The notes under the pieces are model-generated. The model saw nothing but the letters and a program-made list of their open reading frames with translations, did no database searches and was not told where the DNA came from. Positions 32,253 through 42,703 of a DNA stretch of 64,000 bases are shown piece by piece (position 1 is the first letter of the stretch; the number at the start of each line of letters is the position of its first letter). The translations under genes and the position numbers were made by a program. The DNA is from Synechococcus sp. (GTDB lineage Bacteria; Cyanobacteriota; Cyanobacteriia; PCC-6307; Cyanobiaceae): the NCBI GenBank assembly GCA_047285535.1, contig JBJBDC010000001.1:1888136-1952135 (forward strand), read 5' to 3'.

Positions 32253-32567
32253 ATGACAACTGAAGCTCACAAAACCAAAAGCCTGAAGATTGCCATTGGT
32301 TCATTATCAGCCGCCATGTTCTTAAACGTGGGTTTACCTGCACAGTCCGCACTGCCGCCGCGATATCAAAACGTTAATAACCTGGAAACAATGACGAAGT
32401 TCATCAAGCAACACCCCAAAGTTGCCAGCTCCCTTGAGGCCGTCAATGTCAGGGATGCCACGGTTCGGTTTGGTGCAGACTGCAAGGTCATATTCGAGTA
32501 TCAAAATACAGGCTTGCTAGGCTCGTATCCGCTGGTCTTCAAGTCTTCCAATTGCCCTATTGATTAA
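32253..32567 (+). CDS. Small exported hypothetical protein
   Basis: Signal peptide, ALPPRYQN, two Cys, C-terminal PLVFKSSNCPID. Confidence 0.65.
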   Translation: MTTEAHKTKSLKIAIGSLSAAMFLNVGLPAQSALPPRYQNVNNLETMTKFIKQHPKVASSLEAVNVRDATVRFGADCKVIFEYQNTGLLGSYPLVFKSSNCPID

Positions 32568-33146
32568 TACCGCCAATTCAAAACTGGTACGCGAACGGCA
32601 ACCCCAACACAGCAAGACAGATTGATTCATAATTCCTATCAACGCCTACTCTAAAAAACACTTGAAAAAGACGTCTCTTCCACCTGCAACATCTTGAAAG
32701 CAGATCACTTCCAACCCGCAAACCATGGCCCTCGCTCACGGAATCCCCTCGAACAGGGCAGCCTGACACTTGATAGCCCTCCACTATTCAGAGCCCTGGA
32801 GGAAGGTTCAATGGACATGGAGCCAAACCGAATGCATGCCCATCAAAAGCATCAGCCCTGCACTGAATTCACCATCCTCCTTTATCTTCCCGAAAGCGCA
32901 CAAGATTTGAGACAGACAATCAATTAATGACACCCAAGTCATCGCATAACAGGAAACAACTCAGTCCCAACTTGCGCCAAAACCCTTTCAACCCAAGAAC
33001 ACAATCGCGAAGATTCGATTCATTCAATTGGCTTAGATCATCCGTTCATTCAAGTTTCACCAACGATATGAGCCGCTGCATGGAGCATTGGGCATCATGA
33101 AGAGACGGTGCATCCAACTGATGCCTCGCCGATCCCAGGAGTCCCC

Positions 33147-33554
33147 ATGGCCATCAATGCAGACACGGTTCGTCAAATCTTCTCGCCCCTCGAATCAGGT
33201 GATGGAGAAAAGTTCTTCGAGTGTGTTGCAGAGGATGTTGATTGGACGGTGGAGGGCACCCACCCGCTCGCCGGACACTATCAATCAAAGCAAGAGTTTT
33301 ACAGTCATACCTTTGCGCGACTCAACACTATTCTCCAAGAAGGCACTCAACTACATGTCCAGAATGTGCTCACCGATGGCGATTGGGCGGTCGTGGAATT
33401 GCGTTCCTATGCCTTCGCCAAGAGTGGAATGCGCTTCGACAACCGATACTGCTGGGTTGTTCGCTTCAACGACACCATGATTGTAGAAGTTAGAGCGTAT
33501 CTTGATTCCGCACTGGTCCAACAACTGATCGACGCCAATGAGACCTCTGCCTGA
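33147..33554 (+). CDS. SnoaL/NTF2-like (ketosteroid isomerase-like) protein
   Basis: AEDVDWTVEGTHPLAGHY, FDNRYCWV, EVRAYLDSALV. Confidence 0.85.
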   Translation: MAINADTVRQIFSPLESGDGEKFFECVAEDVDWTVEGTHPLAGHYQSKQEFYSHTFARLNTILQEGTQLHVQNVLTDGDWAVVELRSYAFAKSGMRFDNRYCWVVRFNDTMIVEVRAYLDSALVQQLIDANETSA

Positions 33555-33662
33555 GTTCGTGACATCGCACTCAACAGCAGTCAAACCACGGCTCGAGCTC
33601 AACGCTTGCGACCACCAAGACAAAAAGGGCCGTTTTAGTGAAGGATTGGCAAGCACATCTTG

Positions 33663-34865
33663 TTAGAGCCTTGTTTCCAGCAATGTCTTGATTTCTGATG
33701 GTGTGAGTGCAATTGGATTATTGCGGTTGCTTGCTGCGTCAACGATTCGATCCAGATCCCCATAGGTCATGCCGTAATCGCTCAAACGAGGAAGCTTGAG
33801 CTCATCCACCCATTGGCCCAGGCAATCCGTGAGGTGATCCACTGCAACCGTGTTCTGAGTGAGGTTGCTGCCACCAGGCATCAAACGGCCAACACGGGCC
33901 ATCCGTTCGACGGCAGGGTGATGGGGATCGCGTTGTTTCAGAGCGCTCCAGTTCTGTTGTTGCACCGCAGCCATCAACGTTCCGCAAATCACCCCGTGAG
34001 GCATCGGAAACCAACCCCCAATCGGCCCCGCCAACCCATGAACAAGTCCCAGGCCGGCATTCGCCAATCCAATCCCTGAGCAGAGAGAGCCATAGGCCAT
34101 GTTCAGTCGAACTTGCGGATCGGCTGATCCGTCCCCACAGGCACGACGCAAATTCGGCACCAAGTGCTGGAGCCCACTCCAGACGATCGCATCGCTCAGA
34201 GGTGACGCCGTTGGGGAGAGAAAGGGCTCAAGCAGCTGCGTGAAGGCATCCATACCGCACGCTGCCGTCACATCAACAGCGGCACCGGTCAAGAGTGCAC
34301 CATCCAGGATCACAGCGCTAGGAACCAAGTTGTCATGGCGCAACGACTTCTTGTAGCCATCAGGGCCCACATGGCTCAGCACTGCATTTTTCGACACCTC
34401 TCCACCGGTTCCTGAAGTGGTGGGAATCGCAAGCAAAGGCAAGGTGATTCCGCTGTGGGGCAGACCACGGCCCACACCTTCCAGGTGATCCAGCACAGAG
34501 TTTCCATGGGGAAGCATTGCGGCAATCGCTTTGCCGCAATCGATCACGCTGCCACCGCCGATGCCAATCACCGCATCAATGCCATGGCCAAACCATTGCT
34601 GCGTGGTGCGATCCACCAGCTCTGTACTGGGTTCCCCAGCGCACACCACATGGTGATGCCTGGTTCCAGCGTCTTCGATCAAGCTTGCCACCACGCTCAG
34701 CTGGCCCATCGCCTCCAGCGAAGCCCGGCCTGTGACAAGAAGAACCGATTCGGCCTGACATGAGCGCAGCCAGGCTGTGATCTGTTGGAGCGTTCCCATT
34801 CCGCAGTGAATCGGTGGAACGCGTGCAAAGGCAAACGAAACCGTCATGAGATCCATCGAGCCCAT
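33663..34865 (-). CDS. Iron-containing alcohol dehydrogenase
   Basis: IGGGSVIDCGKA, PTTSGTGGE, GMDAFTQ, GLVHGLAG, PHG. Confidence 0.92.
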   Translation of the reverse strand: MGSMDLMTVSFAFARVPPIHCGMGTLQQITAWLRSCQAESVLLVTGRASLEAMGQLSVVASLIEDAGTRHHHVVCAGEPSTELVDRTTQQWFGHGIDAVIGIGGGSVIDCGKAIAAMLPHGNSVLDHLEGVGRGLPHSGITLPLLAIPTTSGTGGEVSKNAVLSHVGPDGYKKSLRHDNLVPSAVILDGALLTGAAVDVTAACGMDAFTQLLEPFLSPTASPLSDAIVWSGLQHLVPNLRRACGDGSADPQVRLNMAYGSLCSGIGLANAGLGLVHGLAGPIGGWFPMPHGVICGTLMAAVQQQNWSALKQRDPHHPAVERMARVGRLMPGGSNLTQNTVAVDHLTDCLGQWVDELKLPRLSDYGMTYGDLDRIVDAASNRNNPIALTPSEIKTLLETRL

Positions 34866-34869
34866 GGCA

Positions 34870-35160
34870 TCAGGGTGCAACGGATTCGTAGGGAACGCCC
34901 TTTCGCGGTTCAGCCATCCAATCTGCGACGGTTTCTCTCCACTTGAGGTAATGCGCTGTGCTCTTGTGTGCGGCAGCGGAGGCCTCGGATTCGTAAGCCT
35001 CGTAGAGCAGAAACAGGCTGGGGTTGTCTTTGCTTTGGAGGATGTCAAAGCGTTGATTGCCTGCTTCCTGGATGGATTCCTGGTGATTCAGGACGGAGGC
35101 CTGACGAAACTCCTCGATCCGTTCGGGTTTCACGTGGACGTGAACACAGGTGACGTACAT
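34870..35160 (-). CDS. ABM-domain protein (LsrG-like)
   Basis: MYVTCVHVHVKPE..EAGNQRFDILQ..LYEAY..HKSTAHY. Confidence 0.88.
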   Translation of the reverse strand: MYVTCVHVHVKPERIEEFRQASVLNHQESIQEAGNQRFDILQSKDNPSLFLLYEAYESEASAAAHKSTAHYLKWRETVADWMAEPRKGVPYESVAP

Positions 35161-35679
35161 CGAAGACCAATGCAACGGTGACTTCCAATCCAACCATCCA
35201 GCGATCCGGCTTCCAAGCGTTCTCCCGCCATCAGGCGATGCAGTGATGGCAGACCAAGCCAACCGCCTGGCATCGCTGCTGCCTCTTATGCAGGGTCGCT
35301 GGAATCTGATCTGAAATGGGCAGCCATGATCGGCGCGATCGGATTGATCAAGGAAGCACCAGCTGCTCTCAACACCTTGCTTCAGCAAAGAAGGCTTCGG
35401 CGTCCTTAGCAGGACAACAGGATTTGTATTAAAGAAGTTTCCATGCCACGCCTAACCACAAGCGACCAGCTCATTCACCACAACAGGGCTAAACAGCTTG
35501 GTGACGCTTCAGCCCAGCCATCCACAGTTAGCGAGATTCAGCAGAGCAACATCACGGAATCGTTCACATCAAAAGCTCACAAAAGAGTCATCTTTTGATT
35601 TGAGCTAAACTTCAATATTCATACACTAAGGCATCGATTCAGTCCTTCAACCCTTGCAAACCATCGAGCTGAATTCAAC

Positions 35680-36528
35680 ATGCATTGGCCGTATGACCTC
35701 AACAATCCAACAAGAACGTACAAACTCCCGAACAAGTACAAAGAGATCTCAGGAATCACACCATGCGCAGATTCGAACTGTCTGGCCTTTGTGCAAGATG
35801 AAGCCATCCAACTATTCACTTTTGACCTTGAGGATCAAAACATTACGGAATACGAGAAACATCAATCCGGCGATGCAGAAGACCTCGTCATCGTTGGATC
35901 CAACGCCTATCTCTTACAAGCAGGAAAACAACCGTCCCTGTACAAAATCACTAACTTTGCAAGCTCACATGCACCAATTGAACGCTACGACTTAAATCTC
36001 AGCACAAAGCATGATCCAGAGGGTTTATGCCTGGATACCAAGCACCACCGCCTTCTGATTGCCTGCAAAGGATCTCCCATTGAAGACGACACCGATCGAG
36101 CAATCTTTGCCTTCGATCTCCAATCAGCCACAAGACTGGATTCACCTGTACTCACAATCGATTGCCAAAAGTTTCTAGGTGAATCACCCGATCGATTTCA
36201 TCCTTCAGGGATCGCGATACATCCTCAAACCAATGACATTTACATCATTGGTTCTAAAGGCATCAAGATAATCGTTTGCTATGGAATGGATGGCCAGTGG
36301 AAAGGAGCTTGGGAGCTGGATAAGCATCACTTTCTCCAACCTGAAGGCATCACATTCCTCAACTCTGGAGAACTAGTGATCTGCAGCGAAGGCAAAAAAG
36401 GCAAAAAAGCCAGAATCATGACATTTGCAAGAGATGATCAATCCCAAGAGAAGCTCTCAGATGGATCTCCAATCAAGATCAAGGAATCGAATGACAATGG
36501 CATCCATCAAACCAAGCCTTCAGATTGA
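35680..36528 (+). CDS. SdiA-regulated/YjiK-like beta-propeller protein
   Basis: EISGIT, VQDE, GDAEDL, PEGLC, HPSGIAIHP, QPEGITF. Confidence 0.8.
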   Translation: MHWPYDLNNPTRTYKLPNKYKEISGITPCADSNCLAFVQDEAIQLFTFDLEDQNITEYEKHQSGDAEDLVIVGSNAYLLQAGKQPSLYKITNFASSHAPIERYDLNLSTKHDPEGLCLDTKHHRLLIACKGSPIEDDTDRAIFAFDLQSATRLDSPVLTIDCQKFLGESPDRFHPSGIAIHPQTNDIYIIGSKGIKIIVCYGMDGQWKGAWELDKHHFLQPEGITFLNSGELVICSEGKKGKKARIMTFARDDQSQEKLSDGSPIKIKESNDNGIHQTKPSD

Positions 36529-36747
36529 TGTCTGGAGATCAATCCTGACGACTAACACAGGCGCAAGTCCATGATCAAAAACGAAGAGATGGACATTTAA
36601 ATCTGGGCGATTCGATTCTGAAAGCTCAAGCAGCACCCTGGACAATGAATTGTTTGATTAATCAATCAATTCATTCATTGATTCATTCAAAGTTTCAGAC
36701 GACACACCCTGAGTTCATGGTTCGGTGATCATCAAGCTCTGCCTTCT

Positions 36748-37199
36748 TCACATCCGCTCCAACGTTCAATTCTCAACAATCCGAGACCAACCTTGAGCGT
36801 ATCGGCCGTGAACCGGCAAAGCGCCAGGCGTGATGGCAGCGCATCAGCGTCAGCCTTAAGTACCGGCACCTGCTCGTCGAAGCGGATGAACACCTGGCTG
36901 AGCTCAAAGAGATCGGCGCAGAGGCGATTGAGCAGCAACTCCTCCTCCACCTCGGCGATCACCGCATCGAACTTCAGCAGCTCACACATCAAGGACCACT
37001 CCTGGGGCTCGCTGAACTACAGCATTCCCGCCTCGGCCTCAGGATCTCCTCCCTTGCGCACGATCCCGGCGATGCGCACCTCCGCATAAAACAGATAGGG
37101 GGCTTTGTTCCCCTGCAAGGCCAGCATCCGATCGAAGCTGAACTGGTAAGTCGTGATCCGGTTCTGACTAAGGTCGGCGTACTTCACCGCCGCCAGCAA
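36748..37199 (-). pseudogene. argS: Decayed duplicate of the argS 3' end
   Basis: [29 protein letters not shown]...[17 protein letters not shown] matches the C-terminus of argS at 40055-41830; internal TAG at 37017 and a terminal frameshift. Confidence 0.92.
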
Positions 37200-37644
37200 A
37201 ATTCAAAATGAGCTGAGCATGGATCTCTTCCTTCTCATGCAAGAGAATCACCGGCCAAGAAGAGCCTATCTTGACCAACCATCTTTTCAACAAGACTGGA
37301 TAGATCGATCCGGCAACCATGATCCTTATACGACAAGATGAAATCTTTCACTCACCTGCGTTCTTTCAGCAGCCAATCAGCAAGTGATCCTCTGTCCCTG
37401 ATTTCTCATCAAAGCTTGACCCAGTAAGGTCAGCACTCGCAACATCAACAGAACAAATATTAGGAGCAAAACAGAAGAGACTGTGCCGAAAGAGATTTTG
37501 CATAACGATTTGAAGTACAACCGCATTCATGCCCTGTCAATTGCCTCTATCAACCTTTTTCGTCAAGAAAATACATCCGGCCTTACCAAGGCAATGACGA
37601 AACTATTCACAGGATTTATGCTTGGCTGAGCAAGCAAATTTCCA

Positions 37645-39111
37645 GTGGCTAATTATACTCAAGCAACAAATAAACCTACCCTCAGTAGAAGAAGAATTCT
37701 TCAGGGAGGCCTCGCCGGTGCAGGCCTGGTCGCTGCCAACGGGCTGAGAACGGCGCAAGCACAGAGCAGAAACAACAGGTCAGTCCTGCATTCCAGCTCA
37801 GCAGACGACTACATACCAACTCCATCGAGAACAAATTATGACTTCATTGTTCAACAAACAACATTAAACCCTGATGGGCAAAAGCCAATGCCAGGGATCA
37901 CAGTCAATGGGGAATTCCCTGGCCCTGAAATTAGGATCAAAAAGGGGGAGCAAGTCCGAATCCTGATGCAGAATTCACTTGCAAATGAACCCACGCTGCT
38001 GCACTGGCACGGGTTGCTTTTACCTGCCGGGATGGATGGCGTCCCAGGCGTTTCAAATCAAGCCACTCCTAGCCGGGAGATGTTTGTTTTCGAGTACCCG
38101 ATTCGGCAAAGCGGCAGTTACTGGTACCACTCGCACCAGGGACTGCAAGAGCAGATTGGTCTGTTTGGGGCATACATCATCGAAGATCCAGATGAACCAA
38201 ACCAAGCTGACAGAGATGCTGTGGTCTTGATCAGCGATTGGCTACATCGCGATCCTTACAAGGTGCTGAAAAACCTCGAGGAACCAGAATCAGAGAACCA
38301 AAAGAAATCCTCTGAACCCGACCTCGCTGATATTGATTATGAGTCCTATCTGATCAACGGAAAAAGCAACAACAAACCCTGGACAATGGAAGTCGAGACG
38401 GGTCAGAGCCTGCGTTTACGGGTCACCGGTGCCGGCGCCTCAACTTATTTTCGCATCTCTCTCGATGAACACGACATGGAAATCACGCATGTCAATGGAC
38501 CGGCTGTCGAACCTGTCTTGGTTGACGAATTCCTCATCGGTCCGGGCGAAGGGTATGACGCGCGTGTTCGGATCAAACAGTCCGGAAGTTACACACTCCA
38601 CGCCGTCACCCAAGAGGGTGATGCCCAAGTTGTAGGGGTAATCCATACACCTGGCGCCTTAAAAAAGCCCAACTTAGACATCCCCAAGCCTGGAAATCGT
38701 CCATTGCAGTTATCGATGTTGCGGGCGATTGAACCAACAACTTTACCGCCAGGTCCGCGACGAGATCTACGCGTCGAGCTTGGTGGTGACATGCAAAATT
38801 ACATCTGGACGATGAATGGACAGGCCTATCCGAACGCAGAACCCTTGGTCATTGGCGCTGGTGAACAGGTCGGCATCAAGTTAGTCAATAAAACCATGAT
38901 GTGGCATCCCATGCATCTCCACGGTCACTTTTTCCGAACCTTGGTTGGGGGTGGAGAACGTGCGCCATTGATGCACACAGTTAGCGTGCCACCACGAAAA
39001 ACCATCGACATTGAATTCACTGCCGACAACCCCGGATCTTGGTTCTTTCACTGTCACAATGCGTACCACCTTGAGGCAGGCATGGCACGCGAAATTATTT
39101 ACCAGGTTTAA
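37645..39111 (+). CDS. Tat-exported multicopper oxidase (CopA/CumA-like)
   Basis: SRRRILQGG Tat motif; HWHG, WYHSH, HPMHLHGH and HCHNAYHLEAGM copper ligands. Confidence 0.93.
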   Translation: MANYTQATNKPTLSRRRILQGGLAGAGLVAANGLRTAQAQSRNNRSVLHSSSADDYIPTPSRTNYDFIVQQTTLNPDGQKPMPGITVNGEFPGPEIRIKKGEQVRILMQNSLANEPTLLHWHGLLLPAGMDGVPGVSNQATPSREMFVFEYPIRQSGSYWYHSHQGLQEQIGLFGAYIIEDPDEPNQADRDAVVLISDWLHRDPYKVLKNLEEPESENQKKSSEPDLADIDYESYLINGKSNNKPWTMEVETGQSLRLRVTGAGASTYFRISLDEHDMEITHVNGPAVEPVLVDEFLIGPGEGYDARVRIKQSGSYTLHAVTQEGDAQVVGVIHTPGALKKPNLDIPKPGNRPLQLSMLRAIEPTTLPPGPRRDLRVELGGDMQNYIWTMNGQAYPNAEPLVIGAGEQVGIKLVNKTMMWHPMHLHGHFFRTLVGGGERAPLMHTVSVPPRKTIDIEFTADNPGSWFFHCHNAYHLEAGMAREIIYQV

Positions 39112-39423
39112 AGAATGATCCACTTCAAATATCATTTTTGCAGCCTAAAAACCTTCCATTCATCACATCTCACCATATCCACTGTGCCCAACTGGCGATC
39201 AACGTCAGTTGTTCAGTCAAGCTAGAGATTGAACCTCATCAGAGCTCACGACTTGGATCCCGCACACCATGTAAATGTCAGCCACCGAGGCTGCACGGCG
39301 TGAGTTAACGGTGAGGAAACAAAACCCATGCAATGTCTCAACCGCCTTGTTCATTGCTCATGCCGTGATCAATGAAGCTGCGCGCAAGGCATCAGCTCAA
39401 CTCAACAACCTCACGCAGTCGTG

Positions 39424-40032
39424 CTGACAGCCCACGGCGATCAAGAGCCGCGAGCAATGCCAACAACAAAAGCACCCTTGCTTTCTGGGGATTGAGGCTG
39501 CCGATGCACAGGCCCCGAACCGCAGCGGTTGGCCCGCAGCATCAGCGGCCCAGACCCCGGACTGGACAACGCCCCACCCCTTGAGTCGACACCTTGGTGA
39601 CGGCGCGGGCGCCATGGATCTGACCATCCATCACCACCACCAGCGTCTAGGGCGCGGTGATCGCCAACTCGATGATTCGATCCGGCAGTAATCGGGTGCC
39701 TGTGGGGTTATTGGGATTGCAGATCAACAGCAATCGCGTTGGTTGCTGCTGCAACACCTCAGTGACAGCAGCCAATGGAAACACGAACGACTCCCCCTCG
39801 TAGGGAATGACCTCGATCGCCATCCCCTGCAGGCCAGCACAGGGGCTGTAGTAGCCAAAAGTAGGTGCGGTGGTGAGCAACGGATCCCCAGGATCGCCTG
39901 AGGTCAGGAACACCGCATCAATCGCGGCCTCAACAGCGTTGAACAGCCCCACCTGATCGGGCTTCAACCTCGGCGGCAGCCGCTTTCTTTCAAATTCTGC
40001 ACCACGGCCTGTTGCAGCCCGTCGTACTCCGG
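39424..40032 (-). pseudogene. Compressed relic of a second hisC-ansA pair
   Basis: Minus strand reads hisC-like VGLFNAVEAAIDAV..TTAPTFGYYSPCAG..CNPNNPTGTRL, then asparaginase-like LVVVMDGQIHGARAVTKV, PLMLRANRCGSGPVH and GSLNPQKARVLLLLAL. Confidence 0.88.
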
Positions 40033-40054
40033 GCAAACGGTGTGTTGTTGGCAC

Positions 40055-41830
40055 TCACATACGGTCCAGGGTGGGAATGCCCAGCAGACCGAGCCCCAGC
40101 CTGAGGGTGTCTGCCGTCAAACGACAGAGGGCCAAACGAGATGGCAGGACCTCCGAATCAGCCTTGAGCACCGGCACCTGGTCGTAGAAGCGGTTGAACA
40201 CCTGGCTGAGCTCAAAGAGATAAGTGCAGAGACGATTGGGCAGCAACTCCTCTTCCACCTCGGCGATCACCGCATCGAACTTCAGCAGTTCGCGCACCAA
40301 CGCCCATTCCTGCGGCTCACTGAACTGCAATTGCGCCGTTGCAGCCGCATCCAGATCACCCCCCTTGCGGGCGATCCCGGCGATCCGCACCACCGCATAC
40401 AGCAGATAGGGCGCCGTGTTGCCCTGCAGCGCCAGCATCCGATCGAAGGAGAACTGGTAGTTGGTGATCCGGTTCTGGCTGAGATCGGCATACTTCACCG
40501 CCGCCAACCCAACGGTGCCAGCCGCATGGTTGATGAACTCCTCCGATTCCGAGCGATCCTCCTCCTGCAGGCGAGCACGCAGATCAGTCTCCGATCGCTC
40601 CACCGCTTCATCGAGCAGATCACGCAAGCGCACGGTGTCGCCTGAGCGAGTCTTGAGCTTCTTGCCGTCCTCCCCCTGCACCAACCCAAAGGGCACGTGT
40701 TGCAGGCGCGCCCCCTCCGGAATCCAACCAGCCCGTTCCGCCACCTGAAACACACCCGCGAAGTGATTCGCCTGGCCCGCATCGGTCACGTAGATCACCC
40801 GCCGGGCACCATCGCCATCCGGCAATGCCGCGAAGCGATAGCGGATCGCAGCCAGATCGGTTGTGGCGTAGTTGAAGCCGCCATCACTTTTCTGCACAAT
40901 CACCGGCAAGGGCTTACCGTCCTTGCCTTTCACACCCTCAAGGAACACACACTCCGCGCCATCGTCGGTGACCAGCAGGCCGGTTTGCTTCAACCCCGCA
41001 ATCACCGCTGGTAAGAACGGGTTGTAAAACGATTCGCCGCGTTCGCTCAGGCGGATGTCAAGCCGGTCATAGATCTTCTGAAACTCACGCCGTGACTGAT
41101 CACAGAGCAAGCCCCAGGCCTTGAGCGACAAGGGATCCCCGCCCTGCAGTTTCACCACCTCCTCTCGGGATGTGGTCTGAAACGCTTCGTCGTCATCGAA
41201 GCGCTTCTTGGCCTCGCGATAGAAGGCCACCAGATCTCCGAGATCAACCGCATCAGCCGTCTCCAGCGCTTCTGGCGCCACTTGCTTGAGGTGGGTGATC
41301 AGCATGCCGAACTGGGTGCCCCAATCACCCACATGGTTCAAGCGCAAAACAGGATGGCCACGGAACTCCAGCACCCGCGCCAGGGAATCGCCGATGATCG
41401 TGGAGCGCAGATGGCCCACGTGCATCTCCTTGGCGATGTTGGGGCTGGAGAAATCCACAATCACCGGCGCCCCGTTCTCCACGGCCGGCACCCCGAGCCG
41501 TTCATCCCCCAGCCGGGAGGCCACCTCGGCCGCCAAGCGCTCCGGACGGATCGTGAGGTTGATGAAGCCTGGGCCCGCGATCTGAGGCTCGAGGCACAGG
41601 GCTGTGAACTCGGCATCAGCCTGCAACTGCTCCACGATCGCCGCAGCGATCTGACGCGGCGCCTGCTTCAGGGGCTTCGCCAGGGGCAAGGCTCCATTGG
41701 CCTGGAAATCACCAAATTCAGGCTTGCTCGCTGCTGCCAGCTGGGGATCAAGCAGGGCGTCCACCTCCGGAAAGGCACGCTGCATCGCACCACGCAACTG
41801 GGTGTCTAGAGCCTGGGCGATGCGCAGCAT
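40055..41830 (-). CDS. argS: Arginine-tRNA ligase
   Basis: [40 protein letters not shown]. Confidence 0.98.
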   Translation of the reverse strand: MLRIAQALDTQLRGAMQRAFPEVDALLDPQLAAASKPEFGDFQANGALPLAKPLKQAPRQIAAAIVEQLQADAEFTALCLEPQIAGPGFINLTIRPERLAAEVASRLGDERLGVPAVENGAPVIVDFSSPNIAKEMHVGHLRSTIIGDSLARVLEFRGHPVLRLNHVGDWGTQFGMLITHLKQVAPEALETADAVDLGDLVAFYREAKKRFDDDEAFQTTSREEVVKLQGGDPLSLKAWGLLCDQSRREFQKIYDRLDIRLSERGESFYNPFLPAVIAGLKQTGLLVTDDGAECVFLEGVKGKDGKPLPVIVQKSDGGFNYATTDLAAIRYRFAALPDGDGARRVIYVTDAGQANHFAGVFQVAERAGWIPEGARLQHVPFGLVQGEDGKKLKTRSGDTVRLRDLLDEAVERSETDLRARLQEEDRSESEEFINHAAGTVGLAAVKYADLSQNRITNYQFSFDRMLALQGNTAPYLLYAVVRIAGIARKGGDLDAAATAQLQFSEPQEWALVRELLKFDAVIAEVEEELLPNRLCTYLFELSQVFNRFYDQVPVLKADSEVLPSRLALCRLTADTLRLGLGLLGIPTLDRM

Positions 41831-42022
41831 GGAAAGCAGCGGTGAACGAAGTCAGCTCCTGATCATCCCCCGGCGCGGGGGTGCCCTCAGGCCCCGATTC
41901 ACCCAGCTGCCGCTGAAGACAGGCTCCAACCATCCGAACCAAGGCACGAGCAGAGAATCAGAGACGCCCATGCCGGCAACAGACAGGCCGACTACTCTCA
42001 GATCTTATAAAAGGGAAAACGA

Positions 42023-42673
42023 TTGGACCGCAAGATCTTCTACGACTGCATTCGAGATGATCTGTTCAACGGGGTGCTGAGGCAGCAGAACGTGAATGGC
42101 ATGGAGGCCATCCTGAACTTCTGGGACTCTCCACCCAACCCACCAACAGGCGAGTTCAAAACCAACTGGGACATCCGCTCCATCGGCTGGCTGGCTTACA
42201 TGCTCGCCACCACGAAACATGAGACCGCCTCCACGATGCAACCGATTGATGAATACGGAGATACCGCCTATTTCACACGGATGTATGAAAATCGCTCTGA
42301 CCTTGGCAACAACCAGCCTGGTGATGGAGCCAGATTTCATGGGAGGGGATTTGTGCAGCTCACAGGCCGAACTAACTACACGAAAATGACCGGGGTGGTG
42401 CAATCCATCTTCCCCGACGCACCCGATTTCACTGAACACCCTGATGCGGTCAAAGATGACCGCTATGCGGCAGTGATCATGTTTGACGGCATGTTTTGTG
42501 GAATTTTCACCGGATGGGCTCTCAAGAACTTCATCGGAGATCCTCACAAGGGCCAAATTGTGGACTACTTTCACGCCCGCAAAATCATCAACGGCATGGA
42601 CAAAGCCGATCTGATTGAAAGTTATGCCAAAAAATTCTCTACCGCACTCGACAAAGCAGGAGCAACCGCATGA
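42023..42673 (+). CDS. Glycoside hydrolase family 19 (endolysin/chitinase-like)
   Basis: LAYMLATTKHET, LGNNQPGDGARFHGRGFVQLTGRTNY, ARKIING.DKA. Confidence 0.85.
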   Translation: MDRKIFYDCIRDDLFNGVLRQQNVNGMEAILNFWDSPPNPPTGEFKTNWDIRSIGWLAYMLATTKHETASTMQPIDEYGDTAYFTRMYENRSDLGNNQPGDGARFHGRGFVQLTGRTNYTKMTGVVQSIFPDAPDFTEHPDAVKDDRYAAVIMFDGMFCGIFTGWALKNFIGDPHKGQIVDYFHARKIINGMDKADLIESYAKKFSTALDKAGATA

Positions 42674-42703
42674 ATGGTTTCAAGGATTGCTGAACTGACC
42701 CTC

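Noticed and set aside
39300..39345. GGAAACA motif reminiscent of Yfr2 sRNAs
   Set aside because: Only one motif copy and no convincing flanking structure
40040..41809. Long + strand ORFs opposite argS and similar shadow ORFs elsewhere
   Set aside because: Antisense shadows expected in GC-rich coding DNA
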